A DNA stretch of 64,000 nt, taken from positions 77,144 to 141,143 of the IMG/VR virus record IMGVR_UViG_3300047160_005727. One strand, 5' to 3'. Both the position numbers and the translations under genes were made by a program. This DNA comes from a virus. Under the pieces are notes generated by a model, which saw only the letters and a program-made list of their open reading frames with translations, had not been told where the DNA came from and did not search any database. Of this stretch, positions 1-10,143 are shown in pieces (the first letter of the stretch is position 1; the number at the start of each line of letters is the position of its first letter).

Positions 1-207
1 CCCGGCAAGAAGCCGTGGAAGGATGATAGCACCTTCATGACGATGGACCTCCAGCTCTATGACCCCAAACAAGGGGCCTCGATCCCTCGAACCAAGTCAG
101 CAGGGACGGACACGTCGCCGAGAGTGACCGAGGATAAGTACGAGCAGCCTCAGTTCAAGGACCCGCAACCACAGCCGCCTTCCAGTGGATACATGGTTGT
201 CATTTGA
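1..207 (+). CDS. 3' end of an upstream tail-operon gene (partial, unknown product)
   Basis: Frame 1 is open from base 1 to TGA 205-207 (...PGKKPWKDD...SGYMVVI*), just before the RBS (GAGGA) of the next gene. Confidence 0.7.
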   Translation, partial: PGKKPWKDDSTFMTMDLQLYDPKQGASIPRTKSAGTDTSPRVTEDKYEQPQFKDPQPQPPSSGYMVVI

Positions 208-217
208 GGATCAAACG

Positions 218-1495
218 ATGGCTGAAAAGAAGAAACTCGATCTGCGCAGCCGGCCCAAGACACCACCGCCGGCAGCAGCCCCGGTGACTGTTCAGCGAGA
301 TGCCTTGGGGCCTGATGTCTACAAGCCGGGGCAAGTGCTGGATCCGCGGTACCTGACTCCTTTCGAGCGACAGCAGCTGGAGTCGATCGGCTGGGAAGAG
401 GGCTCGCCGGTGCCGGGCAATGCTGCCGAACTGATCAAGGCGGTCCAAGAGGAAGCGACTGCCGAAGGCGTCTTGCCGGTGCCGGCCGATACACCGCCGC
501 TGACAATGCCCGACCCCATCGACATCAGCAGGTTACCTGCCGCGAAACAAAAGGAGCTGTACGCGGCGATCAAGAAGGCCGGCCAGTACCAGAAGCAGCT
601 TGCCGAACAGGGCGCCGCTGTTGCTAACCTGAACCCCGACATCGCCGAGGCCGTACGGGTAGCCGACGATGTCGCGCGAGCCAACAACCCGCCGCGTGGC
701 ATCACTGTCGTCGACGACCGGCCGTTCCGAGCACCCCAGGCATCTACTGCTACTGCTACTGCTACAGCTCAGAAACCCCGGCCGAAGGGCTGGCCCAAGC
801 CTGAGCCCCCGGCGCCTGAGCCCCCACCAGAGCCGATACCACAGCCGGGTCCGGCAGGTTGGAAGCGACCCGCACCGCCACCATTCGAGCCGCCGCCGAG
901 CGAGCCGCCATCTAGCCCACCGATCGGCGATCTCTCGGACGCTGGTGGGGTTGGGATCACTCACTGCCCGCATTGCAGCTGGGACCTGAAGCAGGATGAT
1001 CCCAGCGATCCAACTGATGCCGATAAGCGGGTCTATCTGATGGCCGCCCTGGCCGGGCCTGGCCATCGTTTCGCCCGCGAGACTTCACTGCTGGGTGGGA
1101 CGGTCAAAGTTGGCTACCGTGAGCTGACCGGCGGCGAGGCCGACGCCGCCTTGACCCAGATCGCCGAGGACGTTCGCAGGAACCGGGTCGTCGGCGACGG
1201 CGAATGGTGGCAGCGGCTGATGGACTACCGCATGACCCAGGCCATCGAATACATCGACATCAATGGCGTGGGTCGCGTGTACGAGGGTGTCGAACTGGAC
1301 GAGATCGAGTCGGATGACGGTAACCTGACGGCGTTCCCGGCGCTGGTAGGACACCTGCTAACTAATGTCCTGCACAGTGAGAGTCTGCGGCGGGCGGTCG
1401 GTCAGGGATACATGCGGTTTCAGCGGTTATGCGAGAAGCTCGAAGCCAATGCGGACTCAGAGTCTTTCTGGAACGGGATCGGTTCGCCTCGCTGA
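218..1495 (+). CDS. Putative tail assembly chaperone-like protein with Pro-rich linker and CPHC knuckle
   Basis: ATG 218 with GAGGA upstream; two genes upstream of the tape-measure-like gene; function inferred from position only. Confidence 0.5.
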   Translation: MAEKKKLDLRSRPKTPPPAAAPVTVQRDALGPDVYKPGQVLDPRYLTPFERQQLESIGWEEGSPVPGNAAELIKAVQEEATAEGVLPVPADTPPLTMPDPIDISRLPAAKQKELYAAIKKAGQYQKQLAEQGAAVANLNPDIAEAVRVADDVARANNPPRGITVVDDRPFRAPQASTATATATAQKPRPKGWPKPEPPAPEPPPEPIPQPGPAGWKRPAPPPFEPPPSEPPSSPPIGDLSDAGGVGITHCPHCSWDLKQDDPSDPTDADKRVYLMAALAGPGHRFARETSLLGGTVKVGYRELTGGEADAALTQIAEDVRRNRVVGDGEWWQRLMDYRMTQAIEYIDINGVGRVYEGVELDEIESDDGNLTAFPALVGHLLTNVLHSESLRRAVGQGYMRFQRLCEKLEANADSESFWNGIGSPR

Positions 1496-1923
1496 TGGTG
1501 CAGGCTGCCGCAGCTGGGGTCGTAGACTTCAGCCGGGCCGATCCCGACGATCCCAAGTGGTGGCGGCACTTGCGTTTGGTCCTCGATCAACTGGAGCGGA
1601 ACCACCTCAAGGAATATCATCGGCTGTACAATGAGCGGGTCATATCGGTGCTGTCCCGCGCCGATCTGGCCAGAGAGTCAGGGGAAAAGTTACTGGAGGA
1701 GTCTGACTCACGGATCGACAATATCGCCAAGATCATGTTTCCGTGGGCCGATCTGGACCGTACAACGATACGGCAGGAGCAAGCCAAGCAATTACGCGAG
1801 CTTTGGGAGTCCTGGTTCGGCAAGCTGGATGATCCTGATACGCAACGGCGGATCCAGGTTACGGCAGACTGGCTGAGGAACACCGCTGCAAGGCGGAAGA
1901 CCCCAGGGACGGGGAGGCGTTGA
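1495..1923 (+). CDS. Second tail chaperone ORF (gpT-like position); own ATG at 1495 or -1 frameshift extension of the previous gene
   Basis: TGATG overlap with upstream gene, no SD, frame open from at least 1429; TGATG-coupled to the tape-measure gene. Confidence 0.55.
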   Translation: MVQAAAAGVVDFSRADPDDPKWWRHLRLVLDQLERNHLKEYHRLYNERVISVLSRADLARESGEKLLEESDSRIDNIAKIMFPWADLDRTTIRQEQAKQLRELWESWFGKLDDPDTQRRIQVTADWLRNTAARRKTPGTGRR

Positions 1924-4900
1924 TGTCGACCGGCTACCAGCAACCACTGCTCGACGAGCTAGCCATGAACCGCGGGCTCTTCGGCGGTTCGCTTGAGCCC
2001 AGGCAGCGCCTCGACTTCAACTTCACCGACGCCGGTATGGGCGGGATGTTTGGCAGCCTCGCGCCCATGGTAATGAACCCCATGATCAGCCATTTCTTTG
2101 GTCATGGTGGCATCATGCCGGCCCAGTTTGCGCCCCAGCAGGGGCTCTACGACCAGTGGCGGGCCAAGCAGTACTGGCAGCAGCGCCAGACGGCCATGGC
2201 GACTGCCAGCCAGCAGGACCGGGAAACCTACGTTCAGATGTTCCGGGGCATCTCTCAAATGCAGGGAACCCCGTGGGGCATCGAACAGCAGCGATCGGCC
2301 AACATCATGGCCGGTGACCTGGCATACATGGCTCCCTTCCTGGCCCAGGCGATGCCCGAGACCTTCGATGCCCTGCACGGCACGCGGGGCTCGGCGACGG
2401 TCATGTCCACATTCCTGCACCGTGCTGGCATCACCGGTGTTGACCCAGCGACTGGCCGCACCGGGATCACAGGTGACTCGGCCGGGATCTTGGCCGCCGA
2501 GATGCACAAGCGGTTCTTCGGTGTCGATGCCGACCTGACTGGCTGGAAAGGCATGTCAGCCGGCCGTGCGGGCGCTCTCTACGAAGAGATGAATACTCGC
2601 GGCCTGATGGGCACATCGATCGGTGCTATGAGCCGGCAGGAGCAGGTTCAGCGGCTCAGCCAGACGACCGGCCGGGACATGGCGGATCTCGAGAACATCC
2701 GCAAGCTGGATCCGACCCAGTTTGAGGGGATGCTGCGGACCTTCGACGCCAACCGGATCGGCAACCGGCTCAAGGAGATGTCCGGCGCTGTTGCTGCCAT
2801 GCGTGAGATCTTCGGCGACATGGGCAAGCCCAACGCTCCCATGAAGGAGCTGATCGAGGGCCTCGACAAGCTGACCCAGGGCGGCATGGCGACCATGACC
2901 CCGGCCCAGCTGGAGCAGACCGTCCGGAATACCCAGGTCATCGCGCGCACCAGCGGTCTTGGTATGCAGGCACTCGAAGGTCTGACGGCTCAGGGAGCCC
3001 AGCTAGCTCGGATGCAGGGGCTGGATGCGCGCTTCGGCATCACGTCGGCTCAGGGTGCTGCCGAGTTCGGTGCCGCCTATGGTCAGGTAGGCGGCGGCGC
3101 CGCCGGGGGTTGGGGCCGCGCCGGTCGTGATCAGCTGACGCTTCTGGATCAGCAGCTCCGGGTCAACGCGGCAGCCTCGCCGATGGCCAACCGGCTGGGT
3201 GCCATCATGCGGATCGCCGAGACCCAGGGGGAAGGGCTCAAGGGTCCGCTCGCGAATGTGGCCGAGGCGGTCAGGAACCATCAGGACACGTTTCTCAATG
3301 AGCGTGGCGAGCGAGAAACGCTGAATATGAACGAGGCCCGGTTCATGCAGCTTGCCGCCGCCAGCAATGTCGATCGGGGCACGGCGATGTCCTTTCTGCG
3401 GGCCAACGCCGCCAACCAGGAGCAGGTCGACCGCTACAACATCACCGATCTTGCCAGGCGACGGCAGGGTGACGAGGTTCGCAACGTCGTAGCTCAGAGT
3501 ATGCGTGAGACGCTTCGTAACCAGCTGAACGCTGCCGGCGTTACCGGCGAGCGTGCCCGGGATATCGCATGGACTGCATCCAATGCGCAGGCACAAGCCC
3601 TGACTGACATGCCGGTCGAGACCCGTGTCAACGACCAGACACGTAATGCAGCCCTGGGAGCCGCCACCCGTACAGCCGTGGTCGCCCAGCTCCGGAAGGA
3701 GGGCATGAGCGAAGAGCAGGCTACAGCCGAGTTCGAGCGGATGTTTCCCCAGGCGCAGCTCAACATGACGGTAGCGGGCGGATACGGCCGAGCTATGCAG
3801 CGGTTTGCCAGCGATCCGGCCTTGAAAGGCTACGGCGGTCTGGCCCGTGCGCTCGACCTGAACAACCCACGAGTCCAGGAGCGGCAGGCATTTCTGCGGG
3901 CAGAGAACGCAGCCGAGGCCGCCATGGGTAAAGCTCTGGGCGGACTGGGTGCAGCCGGACCGCTAGCCAGGATCATGGACGAGATCCAGAACCCGTCAGG
4001 CGATATCGGCACAGCGATCAAGAAAGCCCTGGGTGGTGTGGATCCGGCAGAAGTTCGCGAGCGGCTAGCTGCCATCAACCCAGAGGATCTCTCCAAGGAA
4101 GGCGGGCCTGGGGCCAAGGAGCGGCTAGCCGTGATCATGGAGGAGGTCATCACGACGACCAGGCAGTTCGAGCAGAAGCGGCCTGAAGGTATGTCGGATG
4201 CAGACTGGCAGAAGCGGCGTGAAGCCCTTCGGGTTCGTGTATCGGCGCTGCGGGCTGGCGGTGAAGCGGCTCAGACCCAGACTAAAACCGAGCTGGTCGC
4301 AGCCAACATCATTTCTGGTGATGCTACTCCTGAAGCCGTGAGACAAGCTGCCCAGGATGTTGCAACTGGTAAGAAAGGCTCGCCGGAACTCCGTAAACGG
4401 ATCCTGGCTTTGCGTGCTGCTGGTGCCGGTGTCGACGCTGCATTCGTCAAGCGGCAGCAGCTGAGTGCGCTACGAAGTGCAGGTGTCGCAGAAAAGGATC
4501 TTGAGGACGCACTGGCTGGCAAGGATGTTCCAGGCATGAACCAGGAGCTTCGTGACCGGCTCCTGGATATAGGATCGGCAACCGGTGGGATAGACGTCAA
4601 GGCAGAGCGTGCTGGCATCACCACCGGGGCCCAGGTCGGCGAGAAGCAGCTGGGCGACGTGATGAACCAGCGCGCATTCCTGGAGTCTGATGCCGCTATA
4701 CCGGCGGTCGGCACTGAAGGTCGGGACGACATCATCCGGGAGCGCGAGCGACATGCCGGCGCTGTCATCGATCGCGGTCAGCGCTGGATGGACGTGCTGC
4801 TCGGCGACACAGCTTCGATGAAGAACCTGGGCGCCGGCGGCTTTGATCTGGCCAAGGGCACTCGCGACAAGCAAACAGAGATGTCCGGGCTCGCTCGCCG

Positions 4901-5633
4901 TGCTGGACTGGACCTGACTAAGGTCCTGGCAGGCACTGTCGATGAGTCCAAGCTGACCGACAAGCAGCGGGAAGCCATCGCAAAGATCCGTGGGCTCGAT
5001 ACCGAGGTCAAGGACTCGACGGCACGGATGGTTCAGATGATGACGGCCAAAGATAAGAAGCCTATGGGCAAGGATGAGATCGAGCGCCACGAGAAATGGC
5101 TAGCCGAGGAGAAGCGGTCCGACGAAGAGAAGAACAAGGAGGTCGTCAGCGATATCGTTGGTAAGGATCTGACTGGCGCTGGCGACCAGGACGCAGTAGC
5201 AAAGGAGATAGGGACAGGTCCCGAGGCTGCGGAGCGGCGGCAAGAGCTGCAACGGATGTTCAAGGCTCGTGGTGACCTCCTGAAACTGGCTCAGGGACAT
5301 GGCGTCAAGACCGTCGAAGAGTTCACCAAGCGATGGAGAACTGAGTCCGGGGTCGCCAAGTTCTTCAGGATGGGCGTCGCCGGCGAAGAGGGCGATAAGG
5401 CCGAGCGGTTGATCAGGGAGTCAGGCGCCCTGTCCGAGGGCGGAGGGGCTGATAGTGTCCGCGCTGCCCTTTCTCAGATCAAGGGAAGAGAAGCCGAGGA
5501 GAGCAGCAAGATGGCAGCCGGGGCCGGCGGCAAGATGCAGATGTCCGGCAAGGTAACGGTCGATATGCAGAACAACACGATGGACATGTCCGGGTCCAAT
5601 GCCCAGATGAATTCGACGCCTGTGGGAGGTTGA
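1923..5633 (+). CDS. Tape-measure-like protein (about 1236 aa)
   Basis: Longest ORF in the tail operon; Ala/Gly/Met/Gln-rich, helical character; lies between chaperone-like and baseplate genes. Confidence 0.7.
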   Translation: MSTGYQQPLLDELAMNRGLFGGSLEPRQRLDFNFTDAGMGGMFGSLAPMVMNPMISHFFGHGGIMPAQFAPQQGLYDQWRAKQYWQQRQTAMATASQQDRETYVQMFRGISQMQGTPWGIEQQRSANIMAGDLAYMAPFLAQAMPETFDALHGTRGSATVMSTFLHRAGITGVDPATGRTGITGDSAGILAAEMHKRFFGVDADLTGWKGMSAGRAGALYEEMNTRGLMGTSIGAMSRQEQVQRLSQTTGRDMADLENIRKLDPTQFEGMLRTFDANRIGNRLKEMSGAVAAMREIFGDMGKPNAPMKELIEGLDKLTQGGMATMTPAQLEQTVRNTQVIARTSGLGMQALEGLTAQGAQLARMQGLDARFGITSAQGAAEFGAAYGQVGGGAAGGWGRAGRDQLTLLDQQLRVNAAASPMANRLGAIMRIAETQGEGLKGPLANVAEAVRNHQDTFLNERGERETLNMNEARFMQLAAASNVDRGTAMSFLRANAANQEQVDRYNITDLARRRQGDEVRNVVAQSMRETLRNQLNAAGVTGERARDIAWTASNAQAQALTDMPVETRVNDQTRNAALGAATRTAVVAQLRKEGMSEEQATAEFERMFPQAQLNMTVAGGYGRAMQRFASDPALKGYGGLARALDLNNPRVQERQAFLRAENAAEAAMGKALGGLGAAGPLARIMDEIQNPSGDIGTAIKKALGGVDPAEVRERLAAINPEDLSKEGGPGAKERLAVIMEEVITTTRQFEQKRPEGMSDADWQKRREALRVRVSALRAGGEAAQTQTKTELVAANIISGDATPEAVRQAAQDVATGKKGSPELRKRILALRAAGAGVDAAFVKRQQLSALRSAGVAEKDLEDALAGKDVPGMNQELRDRLLDIGSATGGIDVKAERAGITTGAQVGEKQLGDVMNQRAFLESDAAIPAVGTEGRDDIIRERERHAGAVIDRGQRWMDVLLGDTASMKNLGAGGFDLAKGTRDKQTEMSGLARRAGLDLTKVLAGTVDESKLTDKQREAIAKIRGLDTEVKDSTARMVQMMTAKDKKPMGKDEIERHEKWLAEEKRSDEEKNKEVVSDIVGKDLTGAGDQDAVAKEIGTGPEAAERRQELQRMFKARGDLLKLAQGHGVKTVEEFTKRWRTESGVAKFFRMGVAGEEGDKAERLIRESGALSEGGGADSVRAALSQIKGREAEESSKMAAGAGGKMQMSGKVTVDMQNNTMDMSGSNAQMNSTPVGG

Positions 5634-5634
5634 G

Positions 5635-6411
5635 GTGCCTGAGATATTCAACAACCAACCTGGCGTCGTGGTCGTGCTCAAGACGGGAGGCAGCAGCTCC
5701 AACCCGTTCCGCATGACCATCGATGGCTTGAATACCGGACAGTCGACCGGGCTCATCGTGACCGAGCTGGCTGTTCAACGGCATGGCAACTTCCAGTTCC
5801 TGCATACGCTCAAGGACCTGATCTATGTCTACAGTTTCGGCGAGCGGATCGGTCAGATCAGGGCCAGCGGCATGGCCTTCGCGAAGATGTGCAGCGGTGG
5901 GCAGGAAGGGTTGAGCGGGATCCTGGACTATTACGAGCAGTACCGGCTCGAGAACCGGGCGACGCCGATATCGATCGCCATCGGCACCAGCGGGAACGGT
6001 CGGTTCCGCGCCTTCCTGACCGAGCTGAACGCCGAGATCTCCCGCCCTGAAGCGCAGCTGGCCCAGTTCGGCTTGCAGTTCCATGCACTGCCCAGTGCCA
6101 AGTCATCGAGCGGCGGCGGCGCCGGAGGTGCCGGTGGAGGTGCAGGCGGCGGAGGTGGTGGAGGTGGCGGGACAGCTGGTACCGGCACTACTGCCGGGGG
6201 TGGTGCCGGTCGTGGCGGTGGCGGAGGTGCCGGCGGTACTGCCGGTCCTGGTGGCGGCGGTGGTGGCGGAGGTGGAGGTGGAGGTGGTACTGCGGGCGGT
6301 GGCGGCGGTGCCGCTGGTACTGCCGCTTTTGGTCTCGACGGTCTTCGTAGTGGTCAGACTCGTGGTGGTCTCAGCGTAACTGGCGGCATCATTAGCCTGC
6401 CGCCGCGGTAA
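5635..6411 (+). CDS. Putative tail tube initiator/baseplate protein with a long Gly-rich C-terminal tail
   Basis: GGAGG RBS and GTG start; beta-rich N-terminal ~155 aa; position after tape measure; GGT/GGC-rich tract about 6110-6330. Confidence 0.5.
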   Translation: MPEIFNNQPGVVVVLKTGGSSSNPFRMTIDGLNTGQSTGLIVTELAVQRHGNFQFLHTLKDLIYVYSFGERIGQIRASGMAFAKMCSGGQEGLSGILDYYEQYRLENRATPISIAIGTSGNGRFRAFLTELNAEISRPEAQLAQFGLQFHALPSAKSSSGGGAGGAGGGAGGGGGGGGGTAGTGTTAGGGAGRGGGGGAGGTAGPGGGGGGGGGGGGGTAGGGGGAAGTAAFGLDGLRSGQTRGGLSVTGGIISLPPR

Positions 6412-6415
6412 GAGG

Positions 6416-7210
6416 GTGACAGTTTTGATCAACCATGTGCGAACACTCCTGTTGAACATGCCAGCGTCGTCCATGACCCCGATGGGGGAGTACGTACCGC
6501 TGGAGTTCAACACAGTGGCGGTGCCGTCGGCTGTGCAGCGCGCTCGTGACATCCTGTTCGGACCACGACCGGATGCCACGATGCTCGACTACCGACTTCG
6601 CCAGTATATGACCATGCTGCATTCGACCGAGCTGGTCGAGTTCGTCACTGCCCAGGATCCACGGATCACCTATGCACCTGGTAGTCGGGCCATGTCGGAC
6701 TTCGATCCCGCAGCGGTCGTCACGCCAGTTGAAAACAGCATCGAGCTGTTCATCACCGGCAACTTGCCCAGGACTGCTGACGGTCGGATGTCATGCCTGT
6801 GGCAAGTCAAGGCCATGGTTGCCGGCTCGACGTCGGTGTCGGTAACCCGTCGCAGTGCACCACCTGGCACATCCATCTACCCCATCACCTACACCGGCGG
6901 CCTGTCGAACGAGTTCCCGCTGACCGGCTCGCCGCTCCTGGCCAGCTTCCAGGACGAAGGCGTTGTCGATGGGATCACCTGGAATGTCAGCTGCCTGGCA
7001 ATGCCTCTTCGAGATCCAGGCCAGGTTGCTGCCGACCTGGGAGCTACAGGCGCGAATATCATGCCCTTTCTTTTCGGTATTGGCGCGCAGGAGCCGTACC
7101 GCACCTGGCAGAACCTTTGGGCGTCGAACCAGCCGCTGCCGTACCGGCTGGGGGCAGCACTACTGGCCGTAGCGGCACGGACCGATGAAGCTCGTTTGAG
7201 GATAAACTGA
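6416..7210 (+). CDS. Putative virion structural protein
   Basis: Coupled ORF within the tail operon. Confidence 0.5.
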   Translation: MTVLINHVRTLLLNMPASSMTPMGEYVPLEFNTVAVPSAVQRARDILFGPRPDATMLDYRLRQYMTMLHSTELVEFVTAQDPRITYAPGSRAMSDFDPAAVVTPVENSIELFITGNLPRTADGRMSCLWQVKAMVAGSTSVSVTRRSAPPGTSIYPITYTGGLSNEFPLTGSPLLASFQDEGVVDGITWNVSCLAMPLRDPGQVAADLGATGANIMPFLFGIGAQEPYRTWQNLWASNQPLPYRLGAALLAVAARTDEARLRIN

Positions 7211-8871
7211 TGCCATCGACTGCACCCTGGGCACGTTACGATCCACGGATCCGGCTCGTCGTCGACGGCAAAGAGATGCCCTGCATCCGCTGCAACGTCG
7301 ACTACGAGTTGAACGCGATCCCCCAGGCATCGGCTACGCTCGCCGTGGGCCGTAGCTTCGACAACGAGACTTCGCCGGTGCACGCACTGGTCGAGAACTT
7401 CGTCGACCGGGCGCCGGCCCAGATCTACATCACGCCTAACGCGAAAGGCCAGGATCCACAGTCGGCCAAGCAGGCAAACGATCTCGGCCTTTCCGGCAAG
7501 GAAGTCCGGATCTTCGATGGCTTCGTCACGGCGGCCGGCTTTACCCGTTCGCGAGGCACTGCGCAGTTCAATATCCAGATGGAGCACTGGCTATCCGAGC
7601 TGGGGTTCAGCTCGATCTTCTCCAAGAGTAGCCATCCCGGTAACCCTGGTCAGTATTCCTTCGGGGCGCTGGGGCCGATGGGCAGCGACACCGGCTCACC
7701 TTTCTCTGACTTCGGTCTCGCCTACAACTTCATCACTGCTGACAGCATTACCAACGACTTCTGGGGCGAAGGGCTCAAGCCGTTCTTCATGGAGCTTTGC
7801 AAACAGGACTCCTTCTGGTACTGGGAGCCGGAAGTCGGAGGTGGTGGGGGCGCCAACGATGGCGCGCTGGCTGCACTCAAGCGGTTCAACAGCAAGTGTC
7901 AGCAGAAGCTAGCTGTCGCCATGGCGCTGGACGCAGATGTTGTATCCAACATCACGATCCACGCCGGCGCTGCCGTCGGCACGCCTGACCAGATCGCTAA
8001 CCAGACGCTCTGGGATGTTCTGGTCAGTACATTCGGTGCCCAGTATCTGTTCTACATCGTACCGCGAGTTGAAGACGCCATCGTGGCGGCGTTCACACCC
8101 GGCTACCGGCAGAGCTTCATCACCATCAATGCCGATGAAGAGACCCAGGTCGAATGGATGCGCGGTCTAGGCCGACCCATCCGCGGTGTCGGCATCCTGG
8201 CTGGCGTCGAGTCCTCGTGTGGAACAGCACTACCAGGACAACCTGCTCCATCTCAGTTGGGTATCGGTGGCTACTTTTCGCCCTACAAGACCGCTGCACC
8301 AGTAACGACCGGGCCGCCTGCGCCGGGACCTCCGGGCATCATCATTATCAAGCAAGGCCCGGACTGGATGACCAAGCTGTATGCCCCTGCGAAATATGCC
8401 CAGGAGTCTACCGGCGCTGGCGGCGGACCTATCAGCACCGCTGTCAACCCGGACGGTGGCAAACCACCAAAGGACGGCAGCCCGACGGATGCAGTAACTG
8501 CGCGGTTGAAGGACGTCGTCAAGCCGTTCCTGGACAACTTCGCACAAGCCCACTACGCCCTGGAGAAGCTCCGTACCCGGCAGGCAGTCTGCTCGTGCCC
8601 GTTCCGCCTGGATATCGCTCCTGGTTCGAGTGTCAAGGTCCAGAACGAAGGTGAGACCCACGTGGGTAACGACCCGCTGGCTGCCCCATTCTATGCCCAC
8701 GTAGCTCGCGTCTCGATCGCCGTGGACGCCGAGCAGCCCATGATCGGTACATCGCTTCACCTGTCCCACATTCGCAGCGAGAAGGAGAATAGCGACGACA
8801 AGACATCGATCGCCAAGCATCCGCTCTACAAGGATACTTTCCTGGGGTGCGCTCTGGTTGATACTAAGTGA
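7210..8871 (+). CDS. Putative baseplate hub protein (T4 gp27/P2 gpD-like)
   Basis: Size and position; N-terminal 'VRIFDGFVT' strand and C-terminal 'FRLDIAPGSSVKV...FYAHVARVSIAV' pattern typical of hub proteins. Confidence 0.55.
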   Translation: MPSTAPWARYDPRIRLVVDGKEMPCIRCNVDYELNAIPQASATLAVGRSFDNETSPVHALVENFVDRAPAQIYITPNAKGQDPQSAKQANDLGLSGKEVRIFDGFVTAAGFTRSRGTAQFNIQMEHWLSELGFSSIFSKSSHPGNPGQYSFGALGPMGSDTGSPFSDFGLAYNFITADSITNDFWGEGLKPFFMELCKQDSFWYWEPEVGGGGGANDGALAALKRFNSKCQQKLAVAMALDADVVSNITIHAGAAVGTPDQIANQTLWDVLVSTFGAQYLFYIVPRVEDAIVAAFTPGYRQSFITINADEETQVEWMRGLGRPIRGVGILAGVESSCGTALPGQPAPSQLGIGGYFSPYKTAAPVTTGPPAPGPPGIIIIKQGPDWMTKLYAPAKYAQESTGAGGGPISTAVNPDGGKPPKDGSPTDAVTARLKDVVKPFLDNFAQAHYALEKLRTRQAVCSCPFRLDIAPGSSVKVQNEGETHVGNDPLAAPFYAHVARVSIAVDAEQPMIGTSLHLSHIRSEKENSDDKTSIAKHPLYKDTFLGCALVDTK

Positions 8872-8873
8872 GT

Positions 8874-8888
8874 GTTACGCGGCGTATC
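8874..8888. promoter_or_regulatory. 15-bp palindrome, copy 1 (abuts the sigma-factor RBS)
   Basis: GTTACGCGGCGTATC. Confidence 0.7.
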
Positions 8889-8897
8889 GGAGGGACC

Positions 8898-9689
8898 ATG
8901 CCCAGCACTTTCAAGCCAGTCAAGATCGATGACTTCTCCAGTCCGGGTAACCGGCTCGAACCCAAGTTCGCGCCGGCTTTCCATACCTGGTCGGCCGATC
9001 CCAGCCCGGCCAACTCCGACCAGTTCCTGAAAGCCATCGATCCGATCGTCCAGGAAGGGCTGAACGTCTATGGGGGACGCAACGCCAACCCGATGATGCG
9101 GAGCCGGGCCCGCCGGATCGCCCTCGATGCCGCCACCAAGTACGATCCCAGCAAGGCCAGCCTGAAGACCCACCTGATGGCCCATCTTCAGGGCCTGCGT
9201 CGCTACGGCGCGCAGCAGAACCAGGTGATCCATGTTCCCGAGGCCGTGGCCCTCGATCAGCATCACCTGGGCGAAGCCGAGGCCGAGCTGAGCGATCAGC
9301 TGGGTCGTGATCCCTCTGACGCCGAGCTAGCCGATCATATGGGGCTCTCCCGCCGGCGCATCGCCCACATCCGTGGCTACCGTCCAGCGGTACCCGAGGG
9401 GCGGTTGGCCTCCCTGTCTGATGAAGATGAAGAAGGGGGTGCCGGAGGCGGGTTCGAGCCGGCCGTGGAAGGCCCGGACCGGTCTATGCTTCGTGCCCAG
9501 TTCCTTTATCATGACCTTGACCCGCACGACCAGGTGATCCTGGAGTACGGCATGGGTTTGAACGGGTCACCCAAGCTGCCGGCCGCCCAGATCGCCCGAC
9601 GGCTGCGGATCTCGCCGGGTGCTGTCAGCCAGCGGGCAGCGCGCATCCAGCAGATGCTCGATGAGTTCGAGGACACCAACGTGCTGTGA
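8898..9689 (+). CDS. Phage-encoded sigma-70-family sigma factor (group 3, FliA/SigF-like architecture)
   Basis: Region 2 'LDAATKYDPSKASLKTHL', region 3 'QLGRDPSDAELADHMGLS', region 4 HTH 'AAQIARRLRISPGAVSQRAARI'; GGAGG RBS. Confidence 0.85.
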   Translation: MPSTFKPVKIDDFSSPGNRLEPKFAPAFHTWSADPSPANSDQFLKAIDPIVQEGLNVYGGRNANPMMRSRARRIALDAATKYDPSKASLKTHLMAHLQGLRRYGAQQNQVIHVPEAVALDQHHLGEAEAELSDQLGRDPSDAELADHMGLSRRRIAHIRGYRPAVPEGRLASLSDEDEEGGAGGGFEPAVEGPDRSMLRAQFLYHDLDPHDQVILEYGMGLNGSPKLPAAQIARRLRISPGAVSQRAARIQQMLDEFEDTNVL

Positions 9690-9696
9690 GGATGAC

Positions 9697-10143
9697 ATGC
9701 CAAGCAAGGGTAAGATCCACGACGTATTCCAGAACGACATTCAGCAGCTTACTACCCAGGCCGGGCAGCAAGCGGACATGATCCGGGGCAAGGGAACCCG
9801 CCCTTGGAACGATCCGAAGTGGTCGGATGCCAGTAAGCCCAAGAGCCCGCTCGATATTCCTGGCATCACGGACGGCTTCAACCGTGACCAGATCGACACC
9901 AACTACGGCCAGCTGATCCAGTCTGGCTCCGATGCCGGCACTGTCGGCGATGTGATCTGCGTCAAGACACAGGGTGACTACATCGCCGAGATGGAGCGGG
10001 GCTACCGGGCCAGGCATGCCACGCCGGTTCGGTGCATCGGCCACGCAATGGCTCGGCGTAAGGGTCATTCGATGACCAACGGCGTATTCCAGGGCGGCGT
10101 GCTCAAGCATGTCCAGGATGCGCTGAAGGGAGGCCAGAGTTGA
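9697..10143 (+). CDS. Hypothetical protein
   Basis: ATG 9697 with GAGGA; coupled to neighbours. Confidence 0.6.
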   Translation: MPSKGKIHDVFQNDIQQLTTQAGQQADMIRGKGTRPWNDPKWSDASKPKSPLDIPGITDGFNRDQIDTNYGQLIQSGSDAGTVGDVICVKTQGDYIAEMERGYRARHATPVRCIGHAMARRKGHSMTNGVFQGGVLKHVQDALKGGQS

